Notes: generated from the sequence alone by a model not told the origin. A stretch of DNA of 64,000 nucleotides from an uncultured Acidimicrobiales bacterium (GCA_943788915.1 CALSSD010000010.1:744001-808000); one strand, 5' to 3'. Positions 9,991-21,617 are shown, counted from the first letter of the stretch. Translations and numbers: made by a program.

Positions 9991-11430
9991 GGCGTGATCT
10001 CCTTCGTCACAGGGACACTACCCTTTTCGCCACTCACCCAACCAGCGAAGACCGACGAAAAGAGTCCAGCGGGTCCGCCAGCATGAGCGATGTGTAGTCC
10101 GCCAGGCCTGAACTTCGGCAGCTGCATACCTGCAAAGTCAGGCTGGCAGGCCTTCGTCGATGCCACCGGTGCCCCGGATGATGTCGTCGGTGTTTACCAT
10201 CAGCCGTTCTTCGAGCTCGGCGCGGAATCGAGCCCGGTCCCATCCGGCATCGACATACCGAGACATGTGTTCTGGCGATAGAACCAGTAGGGCATCGATG
10301 CCGTAGACCATACGTTTGCTATGGGTCGTCATGAGGCATTCAGCGATGTTGTTGGTTAAGGACTCAGGAGTACGCGACAGCTGGTCAACGATCAGCCTGG
10401 GTCCTTCAAGACAGAGAGCGGTGATGGCATTAACGCCCGGTTCCATGCCACGTTCTTCGGCGAGCGAGATCCACGGCGTGCCTTCTTCGTCCTCAGGAAA
10501 CGCGAGCCCGATCTTGGCCGGGCTGCCTTGGGTTGCACGGTCGACACCGCCTGGCCGGCCGCCGCCGACATTACGGACAATGAGCTGGACTGCTCGGCCA
10601 ATGGTCAGGTTGGCGCGATTGCCTTGGCCGAAGACATTGATGCCGCTATTCATGCCGAGTTGTTTGCGGATCGGACCGTTCACCACGAACACCGGACCAA
10701 CACTCATGGTCGTAGCGAGCAGGCCATGGATGTTGAACTCGTCGGTGCAGATCGCTTCGACTGCAGCAATCACGACCGGCAGATATTCGGGCTTACATCC
10801 AGCCATTACCGCGTTTACTGCGATCTTCTCGACGGTCACGTCGATCAAGTCCGGAGCGACATTGGCCACGATGTCCGAAGCACTCCGGGTGGTGCCCTCG
10901 AGCATGCGCATGACCCGAGCTTCGGTTGGAGGCACAAGCGGTAGTCCATCGGACCATCCACGGTCGTACATGGCCTCGAAGTCGTCTTCGAGTTCAGCAA
11001 AATCGACTCGTCGAGTTACAAGACCGCTGCCGCCCATACGGGCGTTGAGTTCGTCGGCCCGGCTCGGGTCGACACTTAACGAGCCGCAGCCAGGGCGGAA
11101 CCCAGGAAGAGTGATGCCCAGCTCCATATTGCCGGTAAAGGCCTGCCACTGATCGCGGCTCCAGCCAACAATCCGTTCTTCCTCAACACCATTGGCATCG
11201 ACACGAATCAGTGTGGGCACGGTCTCGATGTTGTGGTGCCACGACATTTCCAGTGCAAGATCGTCTACAGCCGCGACAGACGTGGGGAAACTCACATCGT
11301 CCTGCGTATAGACGGTCAACGGTTCGTCCTTGGCGATAGCGCCAAGGACAGGATCAACGAGTTTGCAGGTTTCGCAGTCGCGCTTCACGAAAGCAACAAG
11401 CCCGGCAGAGAGTGGGGGAGGAGTCACCAT
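9987..11430 (-). CDS. Thioredoxin-fold (CETC) protein fused to a RGWSDGLP domain, partner of the UGSC protein; apparent extra base near 10141
   Basis: VKRDCETC, IETVPTLI, PGCGS, RGWSDGLPLVPPT. Removing one base extends the frame through LPKFRPGGLHIAHAGGPAGLFS to a TGA overlapping the UGSC ATG. Confidence 0.8.
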
Positions 11431-11496
11431 CTGAGTATGACAGTCAACGTGCCGCTGGGCAGAAACCGGGACCCGGTCGCACCAAAGAATGTGGAC

Positions 11497-12447
11497 CTAG
11501 CCGGAGTAGGACAAGGAGTCAGCGAAACGGCCGTCCGGGTCAACCAGAAAACCGGTGTCGCCTCCGTTGTTCCAGACCGGATCACCGTCGCACCAGTACA
11601 ACGAGTCAGCGGTGTTGTCACCACAGCCTGAGAACACTCGAACGTCGTCGCCACTCATCAGCACAAAACCATCAGGGAAGTAGAAACGGTGGCGGGTCGA
11701 CTCGTCTCGGATCGACCAGTTAGTCATGACTGCGTCGACAGTGGTGAGGTTCGCGATCTCGATCCACTCACCGTTTGGGTTGAGGTGGTCCTGACCGGGT
11801 GCGTTGGCCTCGATCGCGATGATCACGATCTCGGCATCGAGGCCTGCGCCGCAGAAGGCCGGGTCCCACAGGCCTCGAGTGTTTGTGCTCGCGAATGCTT
11901 GAGCATCCTGCATGAGCGCAGCGTGATTGCCACCGTCTGAAAGAGCGAGTGCGCCACCGATTTCGACCATGCGAACATTAACAAAGACATCACCAACCCA
12001 GACATTGCCGAGGACCCGGCCGTACTGGTCTCGGTCGATCGACTCGACGAGCAGTTCTCGGTCCTCAGTGAGGCCTTGCAACAGGTCGCGGGCCTCCGAG
12101 CCGAAACATGCGCTGGCTTCAGGTGCATTCAGTCCAAACAGCCGGACCTCGTCGGAGTCGCCGGTGTCGACCCACCGAATGTCGAAGCTGTCACCGTCGG
12201 CGAGCCGATCGACCTCGGCGGCGCGTGCGTTGGGCGGAGCAACGGGGTGGGCCGAGAGGTTTTCGCTACCGGTAAAGACTGCGTCGTCGGAGCTCACTTG
12301 GCTACCGCTGGAATTATCGGTCTGGGGTGTGGCCGTCGAAGGTTCGTCGATGGCAGTTGTGTTGCTGTCTGTGCCCAGGCCTGGGACCAGGACAAAAAAC
12401 AGCACGGCGACAGCGAGGGATAACAAGATGAACAGTACGCGCCTCAT
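11497..12447 (-). CDS. Membrane-anchored thermonuclease (SNase) plus lamin-tail domain protein
   Basis: DGDSF, VRLFGLNAPE, DQYGRVLG; C-terminal NGEWIEIAN and VWNNGGDT. Confidence 0.9.
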   Translation of the reverse strand: MRRVLFILLSLAVAVLFFVLVPGLGTDSNTTAIDEPSTATPQTDNSSGSQVSSDDAVFTGSENLSAHPVAPPNARAAEVDRLADGDSFDIRWVDTGDSDEVRLFGLNAPEASACFGSEARDLLQGLTEDRELLVESIDRDQYGRVLGNVWVGDVFVNVRMVEIGGALALSDGGNHAALMQDAQAFASTNTRGLWDPAFCGAGLDAEIVIIAIEANAPGQDHLNPNGEWIEIANLTTVDAVMTNWSIRDESTRHRFYFPDGFVLMSGDDVRVFSGCGDNTADSLYWCDGDPVWNNGGDTGFLVDPDGRFADSLSYSG

Positions 12448-12493
12448 AGCAACACACCCTGCCTGGATTTACGCCCCGGGGGCGAGTGAACAC

Positions 12494-14384
12494 TCAGTCG
12501 TCGAGGTGGAGATCTTGGATCTCGGGGATCAACTCAAGTTCGCTGTCGGCAAGTACACCCTGCAACACGGCGCGGGTGCTGAACAGACGGTCGCGGGCCA
12601 ACTTCTCGGCCTCGACCAGTCGGCTAATTTGCGAGCGACCGTCGGCAACGATCCGGTCGACACGTTCGCGTGCAGACGTCTCGGCATCTTCGGAGATCCG
12701 CTGGGCTTCGGCACGAGCCGTAGCCTGCATCTGCTGCGACTCAACCTGCGACTCTTTGATGAGACGCTGCGATTCTTCGCGTGCCTTGGCAATGATGCTT
12801 TCGGCTTCGGCCTTGGCATCGTCGACCTGACCTCGGATGTCAGCGAGTTCGGCCTCGGCCGCTGCAACGGCAGCGTCAGATTCGGCCTTAGCTTTCGCAA
12901 TCTCGGCTTCGGATCGGGCCTTGGCGGCTTCGGCTTCGGCTTCGATTTCTGCGGCCGTCTGCTCTGCGGCAAGACGGGTGCGCTCATCGAACGCAGCAGC
13001 TTCGTTCTTTATGGACTCGGCTTCGCCCTCGGCCCTGCTGCGGGTGGTTTGTGCGTACTGCTCGGCTTCGATGCGGGTCGTCTTGGTGTACGAGTCGATC
13101 TCGGACCGAATGTCGTTGGCGTATTCTTCGGCCCGGCTGCGAGCGGTGCGGGCGTACTCGTCGGTTTCGAAGCGGACCCTGCGGGCATGATCGTCGGCGT
13201 CGCCACGGGTTGACTCGGCGAAGTCGTGCGCCGATTCGCGTTGCTCGCGGATCTTCTCCTGGGCTTTCTGGATGTCAACCGTGATTGACTCACGAGCCTC
13301 TTTGAGCATCTCGTCGGCCCGGCGGACGGCGTCTTCGCGGATCGAAAGCGAACTCTCATGCGCCTGGCGGAGAATGCCTTCGATCTGATCGCCAACGACA
13401 CTGAAATCGTTGTCGCTGAACGGTGAGGCGATCGAGAGCTCGGCGGCGGCTTGTTCGGCTCTCGGCTGCGGCTTGTTCGGCGGCGGCTAGTTCTGCTGCA
13501 GCTCCGTCGTCGACGATCTCCGCATTCTCGATGTCGTCATCGTTAAGGCTCGGCACGGTGATGGGAGTAACTTCTCCGGTTACTGGCTCGGCTTCGCCAG
13601 TGTCAGTAGCTTCGGATGGCACGTCGATAGTGAGTGCCGCAGTGTCTGGCACGTCGATGCTGGGGGGATCGAGGTTCGGCACGTCGATAGTGATAGGTGG
13701 CACTTCACCAGTTGGTAGTCCGGCGTCGATTGAAGGTGCGCCCAACGACGGTGCATCGATGGTCGGCAGATCACTGCTTGGTATTGCGATGGTAGGTACC
13801 TCGATACCCGGTGCAACGAAATCGGGGACGTCGATGCTTGGTGCAACGAAATCGGGGACGTCGATGCTCGGGACGTCGATGCTTGGGACGTCGAGCGATG
13901 GAGTCGAGATCGACGGAACCTCGCCGGTGGGCAGCCCAGCGTCGATGGTAGGGACGTCAATCTTTGGAACGACTGGCCCGGCAGTCGGGGCCTCGATACG
14001 CACGGTGTCGGCGGTTGGGGGAGCGAGGTCGCCGCTCGCTTCTCGCATGCGATCAGACATCGAGAGGCCAGCCGCAGGGGTGCCAGTACTTGATGTGTCG
14101 GTGCTGCTCAGGCGACTCTCGAGTTCGTCAGCGAGTTGGGTGAGGAAGGCTCGGACCTCTTCGCGATCAAGGCCACGCCACACGACGTCGAATTCATGAG
14201 TGCGGATTGCGTCGGGCTGAAAGTCAGCCGGGAGCGCCGGCGGCGGACCCGTATCTTCACCAAGCACTTCGACTGCGAGAGCGATTCGTCCCAGATATGC
14301 AGCGACGTCGTGTTTTAAGTAGCCCCGAAGACCGGAATCAAAGGCATCAGCTTTTGAGCGAAGCAGATCGGGGTCGAGCAACAT
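12494..14384 (-). CDS. DivIVA-domain coiled-coil protein with PSIDV-repeat linker; apparent extra base near 13460
   Basis: Two DivIVA-like motifs (FDSGLRGYLKHDVAAYL, FDVVWRGLDREEVRAFL); frame rejoins the Ala/Glu coiled-coil ORF 12494..13309. Confidence 0.75.
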
Positions 14385-14502
14385 AATTATGGTATCTCCG
14401 CAAGAGGCGCGTATCGAAAGAGGGATCGACACTACGTAATGTCGACCCAACGAACCGAAATGCTAGCTCGCAGTTTGAAGGAGGGCGTGAACTCGCATCC
14501 AT

Positions 14503-14537
14503 AAACTTGTCTGCAAACTTGTTTGCAAACTTGTCTG
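14503..14537. repeat. 12-bp tandem repeat AAACTTGTYTGC x3
   Basis: aaacttgtctgc aaacttgtttgc aaacttgtctg. Confidence 0.8.
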
Positions 14538-14612
14538 AGCGTCATCACACACGCAGATATTGCGCACGCACGAGGAGACAGTCACGACCGACGACCTGGG
14601 ATGTCCGGATAG

Positions 14613-14684
14613 AGCGGGTGAAGGGAGTCGAACCCTCATCATCAGCTTGGAAGGCTGAGGTTCTAGCCATTGAACTACACCCGC
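14613..14684 (-). tRNA. tRNA-Gly(TCC)
   Basis: GCGGGTG/CACCCGC acceptor stem, TCAGC-CT-TCC-AA-GCTGA anticodon arm, U73; CCA not encoded. Confidence 0.96.
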
Positions 14685-14856
14685 TAGACGTCTCAGAGCT
14701 TACCGGAAGTGCCGCCCATGAGAGGTCTTCTTTCGCGAACGACGCGAAGTTGCCACAGACGCGGCTCGTTAGGTAGTGGCGACTGCGCGAGGCCGTAGCC
14801 AGAAAACAGGATTGCGAGCGGAGCGAGTGATCCGGCCTACCCCTACACTCACTGCG

Positions 14857-16237
14857 GTGAAGACCACCGTTGAGGAACTCGACGACAACAAAGTGAAGTT
14901 GTCTATCGAAATTGAAGCCGCAGAATTCGAAATTGAGGTCGCAAAGGCCTTTAAGAAGATCGGGCGCGATGTCAACTTGCCCGGCTTCCGGAAGGGCAAG
15001 GTGCCCCGCAAGGTGCTCGAGGCCCGCTTCGGGAGTGGCATGGCCAGGGGCCAGGCGCTCGAAGACAGCATCCCTGACTATTTCCTGACCGCCATTGGCG
15101 ACCAGGAAATAGACATGATCAGCCCGCCCGAGTACGACATCACCTCGGGGATCGAAGAGGGAGACCTGGTCTTCGACGCAGTTGTTGTCGTTCGTCCGTC
15201 CGTGGACATCTCTGGCTACGACAGCATCACCGTCGAAATTCCGGCGCCAGCACCGACCGATGAAGAGATCCAAGAACGGATCGATAGTTTCCTCGGCCAG
15301 TTCGGCGAGCTGGCATCGGTCGAGCGAGCAGCGGCAGACGACGACACCGTCACCATGGACATCGCAACTACCCATGATGGCGAAGAAGTCGAGGGCCTTA
15401 CCGCCAGCGAGTACTCCTACAAGAGTTGGTTCCGGCGGCCTTGTAGCCGAACTCGACGACAACCTCCGCGGCGCCAGCATTGGCGACAAGCTTGAGTTCG
15501 ACGCCGAACATCCAGATCCAGACGAAGACGGCAAGCTCAGCTTCGTCATCGAGATCAAAGACATCCAAGAGCAGGTTCTTCCTGAACTCACCGACGAAGT
15601 TGTTGCCGACGCAACCGACTTCGCCACCGCTGATGAATGGCGTGCCGACCTCGTCGACCAGATGACCAATGGTAAGGCCGCACAGTCGAACAACCTGTGG
15701 CGCGAAAAGGCCGCCGAATCACTCGGTGCGCTCGTTGACGATGAGCCCCCAACAACTCTGATTGACACCGAGGTCCGCAATCAGGTCGAAGACATGGCTC
15801 GCCGACTCCAGCAAATGGGTATCGGCTTCGAGCAGTACATGCAGATGACCGGTACCAGTGTCGATGACATGTTCGAGCAGATGCGTGAACCGGCTACTGC
15901 ATCGGTCAAGGTCGACCAAGCATTGCGAGCGCTGGCGGCCGCCGAAGGGCTGAACGCTACTGATGACGACCTCGATAACGAGTTCAACGAGTTGGTCGAA
16001 GGAACCGGCATGACGCTCGAGGATCTCAAAGCGCAGATCTCGACCAAGAACCAGCTCATGCTGATGAAAGCCGATATCTCCAAGCGCAAGGCGGTCGACT
16101 GGTTGCTCGAGCGAGTCCAAGTTGTCGACGAAGATGGGAACACCATCGACAAAGATGCGTTAGAACTCGCAGCGCAACCTCCTGAAGATGATCAAGAAGA
16201 CGATCACGACCACGCCAGCGACACAGAAGAAGAGTAA
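14857..16237 (+). CDS. tig: Trigger factor; apparent extra base near 15422
   Basis: LPGFRKGKVP ribosome-binding motif; frame switches from SEYSY to VGSGGLVAELD; lies between tRNA-Gly and clpP. Confidence 0.92.
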
Positions 16238-16246
16238 AACTCCCTC

Positions 16247-16888
16247 ATGACGACGATTAACCCACGCAACTACATGGTCCCGAGTGTTATCGAGCAGACC
16301 AACCGAGGCGAACGAGCGTACGACCTTTACAGCAAGTTGCTCAAAGAGAACATCATCTTCTTGGGTACACCAATCGACGATACGATCGCCAACCTCGTCT
16401 GTGCCCAACTGTTGCACCTCGAGAGCGAGAACCCAGATCGCGATATCAACCTGTACATCAACAGCCCTGGTGGCGATATCAACGCGCTGTTCGCAATCTA
16501 CGACACCATGTCGTATATCAAACCAGACATCGCCACCATCTGTTTCGGTCAGGCAGCTAGCGCTGCAGCGGTACTCCTTGCAGCGGGTGCCCCTGGCAAA
16601 CGTCTTGCGCTACCGCACGCTCGAATTCTGATTCATCAGCCATATGCCGGCGCCCAGGGTCAGGTCTCCGATCTGCAGATCGCATCAGACGAGATTCAGC
16701 GGATGAAGCGTTCGCTCGAAGAAATCCTGTCGGAACACACGGGTCAGACGGTCGAAAAGATCAGCACTGACACCGATCGTGACTTCGTCATGACGGCGCA
16801 ACAAGCCAAGGAATACGGCATCATCGACGAAGTCATCGACACTCGTAATGTCGTCGACACGTCAGGTGCAATCAAAGCAATCGATTGA
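16247..16888 (+). CDS. clpP: ATP-dependent Clp protease proteolytic subunit
   Basis: [15 protein letters not shown] catalytic Ser, ILIHQP, DRD. Confidence 0.98.
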   Translation: MTTINPRNYMVPSVIEQTNRGERAYDLYSKLLKENIIFLGTPIDDTIANLVCAQLLHLESENPDRDINLYINSPGGDINALFAIYDTMSYIKPDIATICFGQAASAAAVLLAAGAPGKRLALPHARILIHQPYAGAQGQVSDLQIASDEIQRMKRSLEEILSEHTGQTVEKISTDTDRDFVMTAQQAKEYGIIDEVIDTRNVVDTSGAIKAID

Positions 16889-17023
16889 TGTAATCGGACA
16901 CGTTCGGATTTCTGACGCAACTCCCTGCCTGCGCTTGGCGCGTCGCCTAGAGTTTGCGCCGGGACGGAGTCATCGAGGCGCAGTGTGCGACTCGATCACC
17001 TCAATTAGGGAGAAGTGTCGCCG

Positions 17024-18280
17024 GTGGCGAAATTCGGAGACAGCGGGGAACTGCTGAAATGCTCGTTCTGCGGTAAGTCGCAGAAACAGGTCAAGAAACT
17101 CATCGCTGGCCCGGGTGTCTATATCTGCGACGAGTGCATCGACCTGTGTAACGAGATCATCGAAGAAGAACTCGCGGAACCGGCAGAACTCGGCTTCGAC
17201 GAACTCCCGAAACCTCGTGAAATCAACGCGTTCCTCGACGAGTACATCGTTGGTCAACAGACGGCCAAACGCATCATGTCGGTGGCGGTCTACAACCACT
17301 ACAAACGTGTTGAAATCGGCCAGAGCGTCGACGATGTCGAACTCCAGAAGTCGAACATCATGCTTATTGGGCCCACGGGTACCGGTAAGACACTCATGGC
17401 CCAGACGTTGGCCCGCATGTTGAACGTGCCGTTTGCGATTGCCGACGCCACTGCGCTGACCGAAGCCGGATACGTCGGCGAAGACGTTGAGAACATTCTG
17501 CTCAAGCTTGTACAGGCTGCCGACTACGACGCCAAACGGGCTGAGACCGGCATCATCTACATCGATGAGATCGACAAAATCGCTCGCAAGAGCGAGAACC
17601 CATCGATCACCCGAGACGTTTCGGGCGAGGGCGTGCAGCAGGCGCTGCTGAAGATCCTCGAGGGCACCTCGGCATCGGTGCCGCCGCAGGGCGGGCGTAA
17701 ACACCCCCACCAAGAATTTATCCAGATTGACACCACCAACATCTTGTTCATCTGTGGTGGTGCGTTCGCTGGGCTCGAAGACATCGTTGAACAACGGATA
17801 GGTCGAGGTGGTGTTGGCTTTGGCGCTGACATCGTGAATCCAAACGACAAGAATATTGGCGAACTGTTCGACCAAGTGCAGCCTGAAGACCTGATGAAGT
17901 TCGGCCTGATACCCGAGTTCATCGGCCGTTTACCGGTGATTGGTTCGGTAGCGCACCTGGACCAGGAAGCGCTCATCCAGATCCTCACCGAACCCAAGAA
18001 CGCACTCGTCAAGCAGTACCAGCGCTATTTCGCCTTCGAGAGCGCCGAGCTGGTGTTTACCGACGAAGCACTGTTGGCCATCGCCAACGCTGCGCTCGAG
18101 CGGGGAACTGGTGCTCGTGGACTGCGTTCCATTCTCGAAGAAACACTGCTCGACGTCATGTACGAGCTTCCCGGTGCCGAAGACATCGCCCGAGTCGAGG
18201 TCACCGCTGAAGCTGTTGCCGGCATCAGCCCGCCACTGTTGCTGAGTGCCAAAGACCTGTCAAAACGCGCCGCCAGCTGA
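17024..18280 (+). CDS. clpX: Clp protease ATP-binding subunit ClpX
   Basis: CSFCGK...ICDEC zinc domain, [21 protein letters not shown]. Confidence 0.98.
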   Translation: MAKFGDSGELLKCSFCGKSQKQVKKLIAGPGVYICDECIDLCNEIIEEELAEPAELGFDELPKPREINAFLDEYIVGQQTAKRIMSVAVYNHYKRVEIGQSVDDVELQKSNIMLIGPTGTGKTLMAQTLARMLNVPFAIADATALTEAGYVGEDVENILLKLVQAADYDAKRAETGIIYIDEIDKIARKSENPSITRDVSGEGVQQALLKILEGTSASVPPQGGRKHPHQEFIQIDTTNILFICGGAFAGLEDIVEQRIGRGGVGFGADIVNPNDKNIGELFDQVQPEDLMKFGLIPEFIGRLPVIGSVAHLDQEALIQILTEPKNALVKQYQRYFAFESAELVFTDEALLAIANAALERGTGARGLRSILEETLLDVMYELPGAEDIARVEVTAEAVAGISPPLLLSAKDLSKRAAS

Positions 18281-18367
18281 TCCGATCACCCCGCATGACC
18301 AATATTTGGTGGGAAACTCTCGACGATCGCGGGTGATCTCCTCAATTTGGGTAGAGACTAACGCTCA

Positions 18368-19699
18368 ATGACTTTTGAACGTGAACTGCGTTGGCTTGAT
18401 GCGCAGGTGAGCCTTGAGGCCAAGGGCCTTCCGAAGGCAGGCGCAACCCACGGGTTGGGCAACGATGCGATTCGTTCGCTGCTGCAGTTGCTGGGTGATC
18501 CACAGCTAGACGCCCCTGTGATCCATCTGACCGGAACCAATGGGAAAGGCTCGACCGCCCACATGATCTCGCTGATCTTGCGGGAGCACGGCCTGCGAGT
18601 TGGCACCTATGGCAGCCCCCATGTGAGCGTCATCAACGAGCGCATCCAGATCGACGCTGAACCGTTGACCGATGACGAGTTTGCCGATGCACTCGAAGTT
18701 GTTCGGCTGGCGGCGGAGCATGGCGAGGTGGCAGCATCCTGGTTCGACATCGTCACTGCGACCGCCTTTCGAGCCTTCAGTGATGCCGCAGTCGATGTGA
18801 TGGTCATCGAAGTGGGCATGCTCGGACGTTTCGACTCAACCAATGTGGTCGACGGCGTCGTCTCCGTCGTTACGAACATCAGCAAGGATCACACCGATGG
18901 AGCGGAGGGGTGGCGCGAAGCTATTGCCTTGGAGAAGGCAGGCATCGTTAAACCAGGGTCCACGCTGATCCTGGGCGACATCGACGATGACCTCCACCAC
19001 TTCTTCCAAGACGAAGGCCCAAGCAGCGTCATACGATTCGGGCCCGAGGTGGAACTGATGGCCAATGCGCTGGGTGTTGGTGGCCGGGTCATCGATGTCC
19101 GCACTCCTCGCGATGTCTACGACGGGGTGATGGTTTCCCTGCATGGCCGGCACCAGGGGGTGAATGCAGCGCTCGCGATTGCTGCCGCCGAAGCGTTCCT
19201 CGATGGCCCGCTTGAGCGCGATCACCTCGACGCAGCGCTCGGCCAAGCGGTCATGCGTGGTCGGTTCGAGGTGTTAGCAGCGGAACCGATCATCGTGATC
19301 GATGGCGCACACAATCCTCACGGCGCTCGCACGGCAGCCAAAACCTTCGCCGAAGCGTTCACGCCATTTGGGCAGCGCATGCTCATCGTGGGCATGATGG
19401 ACGAGAAAGATCCTGTCGAGATGCTGCAGTCACTCGACGCGACTTCCGTCGAGATAGTGATCTGTTGCGAACCCGATTGGCCACGAGCAATGCCCGCGGT
19501 GAAGTTAGCCGATGCCGCTCGCTCGATCGGGATCGAACCCGATATCGCAACAAGTCCGTCTGATGCCATCGAGTTGGCGCTGTCATACGCCTCCGAAGGT
19601 GATGCCATCCTGGTGGCGGGTTCGTTGTACGTCGCGGGAGCAATCCGTGACCGCATCCTCGGTGATCGCGACCAGCGAGGGCACCAACTGGAGCAGTGA
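18368..19699 (+). CDS. folC: Folylpolyglutamate/dihydrofolate synthase
   Basis: HLTGTNGKGST, EVGMLGRFDSTN, DGAHNP, GSLY. Confidence 0.95.
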   Translation: MTFERELRWLDAQVSLEAKGLPKAGATHGLGNDAIRSLLQLLGDPQLDAPVIHLTGTNGKGSTAHMISLILREHGLRVGTYGSPHVSVINERIQIDAEPLTDDEFADALEVVRLAAEHGEVAASWFDIVTATAFRAFSDAAVDVMVIEVGMLGRFDSTNVVDGVVSVVTNISKDHTDGAEGWREAIALEKAGIVKPGSTLILGDIDDDLHHFFQDEGPSSVIRFGPEVELMANALGVGGRVIDVRTPRDVYDGVMVSLHGRHQGVNAALAIAAAEAFLDGPLERDHLDAALGQAVMRGRFEVLAAEPIIVIDGAHNPHGARTAAKTFAEAFTPFGQRMLIVGMMDEKDPVEMLQSLDATSVEIVICCEPDWPRAMPAVKLADAARSIGIEPDIATSPSDAIELALSYASEGDAILVAGSLYVAGAIRDRILGDRDQRGHQLEQ

Positions 19700-19790
19700 G
19701 CTTCTGCCCCCGTGCCTCGGTCGGTATGCCTTGTGGCAGCACTTGGGCGAATGCACCGTGTTTCCGAGACGACAGCGATAACTTGGCGCA

Positions 19791-20201
19791 GTGAATCGCA
19801 CTCTTGTTCTCTGTAAGCCCGATGCTGTTGAGCGCCGTCTCGTCGGCGAAGTCGTCCGTCGTTTCGAAACCAAAGGCCTGTCGGTCGTTGCCATGCGTAT
19901 GTTGACGATCGATGCCGAGTTGGCCGGCCAGCACTATGCCGAACACGTTGGCAAACCGTTCTATGACGGCCTGGTCGAGTTCATCGGCCGTTCGCCAGCT
20001 GTCGCGTTGGTGCTCGAAGGTACCGACGACACCTGGTCGATGGTGCGCAATGTGATGGGCGCAACCAATCCAGCCGAGGCTGCACCCGGCACGATTCGTG
20101 GCGATCTAGGCACCCTGTTCACCGAGAACCTCGTGCACGGTTCAGACTCCGCCGAATCAGCGGCCCGCGAGATTGCTTTGTTCTTCCCCGAACTGGGCTG
20201 A
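19791..20201 (+). CDS. ndk: Nucleoside diphosphate kinase
   Basis: RTLVLCKPDAV, PGTIRGD, NLVHGSDS. Confidence 0.98.
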   Translation: MNRTLVLCKPDAVERRLVGEVVRRFETKGLSVVAMRMLTIDAELAGQHYAEHVGKPFYDGLVEFIGRSPAVALVLEGTDDTWSMVRNVMGATNPAEAAPGTIRGDLGTLFTENLVHGSDSAESAAREIALFFPELG

Positions 20202-20485
20202 ACCCAATCACTTCTTCGTTGATCGAGGTCGGCGCCCTGTTGCAGGAGTAACGAGGCGCGGCCTCGATTTTATCGTTTTCACGCCGCATCACGCAGCATC
20301 TGCACCGGTTCGGAACCTCGAAGAACCGGTGGCTAGAGTGTCTGGTGTGCGCAGTGGTGCGAGTGAGGCAACTCTTTGTTGCAGTTTCTTTACAGAAGGG
20401 GCATATCCTGGCAGGGTGTCCCTATGTAGCACTGTGCCTACGCGCAGACTATGTATGTACCTGTCGCCCACAGAGCCGCCTAACC

Positions 20486-20545
20486 ATGCGCAGCATCACG
20501 ATATGAGCAGCACAGCATCATGAGCAGCCTCTTTACATGAGCAGC
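20486..20545 (+). repeat. 17-bp imperfect tandem repeat forming three ATGA-chained 6-codon uORFs before mreB
   Basis: ATG at 20486, 20503, 20520 and 20537; each upstream ORF stops at a TGA overlapping the next ATG. Confidence 0.75.
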
Positions 20546-21580
20546 CTATTTAATAGCGTCGCCGGACTCGTGAGTCGAGACATGGCGGTCGATCTCGGCA
20601 CCGCCAACACCCTGATCTATGTTCGCGGTGAAGGCATCGTGCTCGACGAGCCGTCGGTGGTTGCGGTAAATGTCCACGATGGCAAGGCATTGGCAGTCGG
20701 ATCCGACGCCAAACGCATGATCGGTCGCACCCCGAACCACATTCAAGCGATCCGGCCCCTCAAAGATGGCGTCATCGCCGACTTCGACGTGTGTGAGCGC
20801 ATGTTGCGCCACTTCATCCAGAAGGTGCACCCAAGCCGATTCGCCAAGCCGCGTATGGTTATTTGTGTTCCATCGGGCATCACTGGTGTCGAGAAACGTG
20901 CCGTGCAAGAGGCTGCCGAGTTCGCAGGGGCGCGCCGACCCGCCTTCATTATTGAAGAACCTATGGCTGCGGCGATCGGTGCTGGCTTACCGGTGCAAGA
21001 ACCTGCTGGCAACATGATCGTCGATATCGGCGGTGGCACGACCGAAGTCGCCGTAATCTCACTCGGCGGTGTCGTGGTGAGTCGATCGGTGCGTGTCGGA
21101 GGCGACGAACTCGACAACGCCATCATGCAGTACGCAAAGAAACAACATGGTCTTGTGCTAGGTGAACGCACCAGCGAAGACGTCAAACTGGCGTTGGCTT
21201 CGGCATGGCCGCTGCAAGAAGAGATGTACGCCGAGGTGAGGGGCCGTGACCTGGTGACCGGACTTCCGAAGACCGTGGTGACCTCCACGATCGAGGTTCG
21301 CGAGGCTATTCAAGAACCTGTCTCGTCGATTGTCGATGCGGTCAAGGTCACCCTCGATAACACCCCGCCAGAACTTGCTGCCGACATCATGGAACGCGGC
21401 ATCATGCTCGCCGGCGGCGGCGCGCTGCTTGCCGGCCTGCCACAGCGATTGCACAACGAAACCGGCATGCCGGTCATGGTTGCCCCAGATCCGTTGTACG
21501 CAGTTGCACTCGGTTCTGGTCAGACTCTCGAAGAGTTTGACGCACTCAAGGACGTTCTCTTCTCGTCGGCGCACGACTGA
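20537..21580 (+). CDS. mreB: Rod shape-determining protein MreB
   Basis: DLGTANT, PLKDGVIADF, EEPMAAAIGAG, DIGGGTTE. Confidence 0.98.
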   Translation: MSSLFNSVAGLVSRDMAVDLGTANTLIYVRGEGIVLDEPSVVAVNVHDGKALAVGSDAKRMIGRTPNHIQAIRPLKDGVIADFDVCERMLRHFIQKVHPSRFAKPRMVICVPSGITGVEKRAVQEAAEFAGARRPAFIIEEPMAAAIGAGLPVQEPAGNMIVDIGGGTTEVAVISLGGVVVSRSVRVGGDELDNAIMQYAKKQHGLVLGERTSEDVKLALASAWPLQEEMYAEVRGRDLVTGLPKTVVTSTIEVREAIQEPVSSIVDAVKVTLDNTPPELAADIMERGIMLAGGGALLAGLPQRLHNETGMPVMVAPDPLYAVALGSGQTLEEFDALKDVLFSSAHD

Positions 21581-21617
21581 ACCCCCAGCGGGTGGTAAGT
21601 CCCCACCTGCATGATGT

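Noticed and set aside
10138..10140. TGA ending the thioredoxin-fold ORF as a second Sec codon
   Set aside because: The coherent C-terminus lies in a different frame, so this is a frameshift rather than read-through.
14732..14748. ClgR site upstream of tig-clpP
   Set aside because: Dyad TTCGC-N7-GCGAA has the wrong spacing for CGC-N5-GCG.
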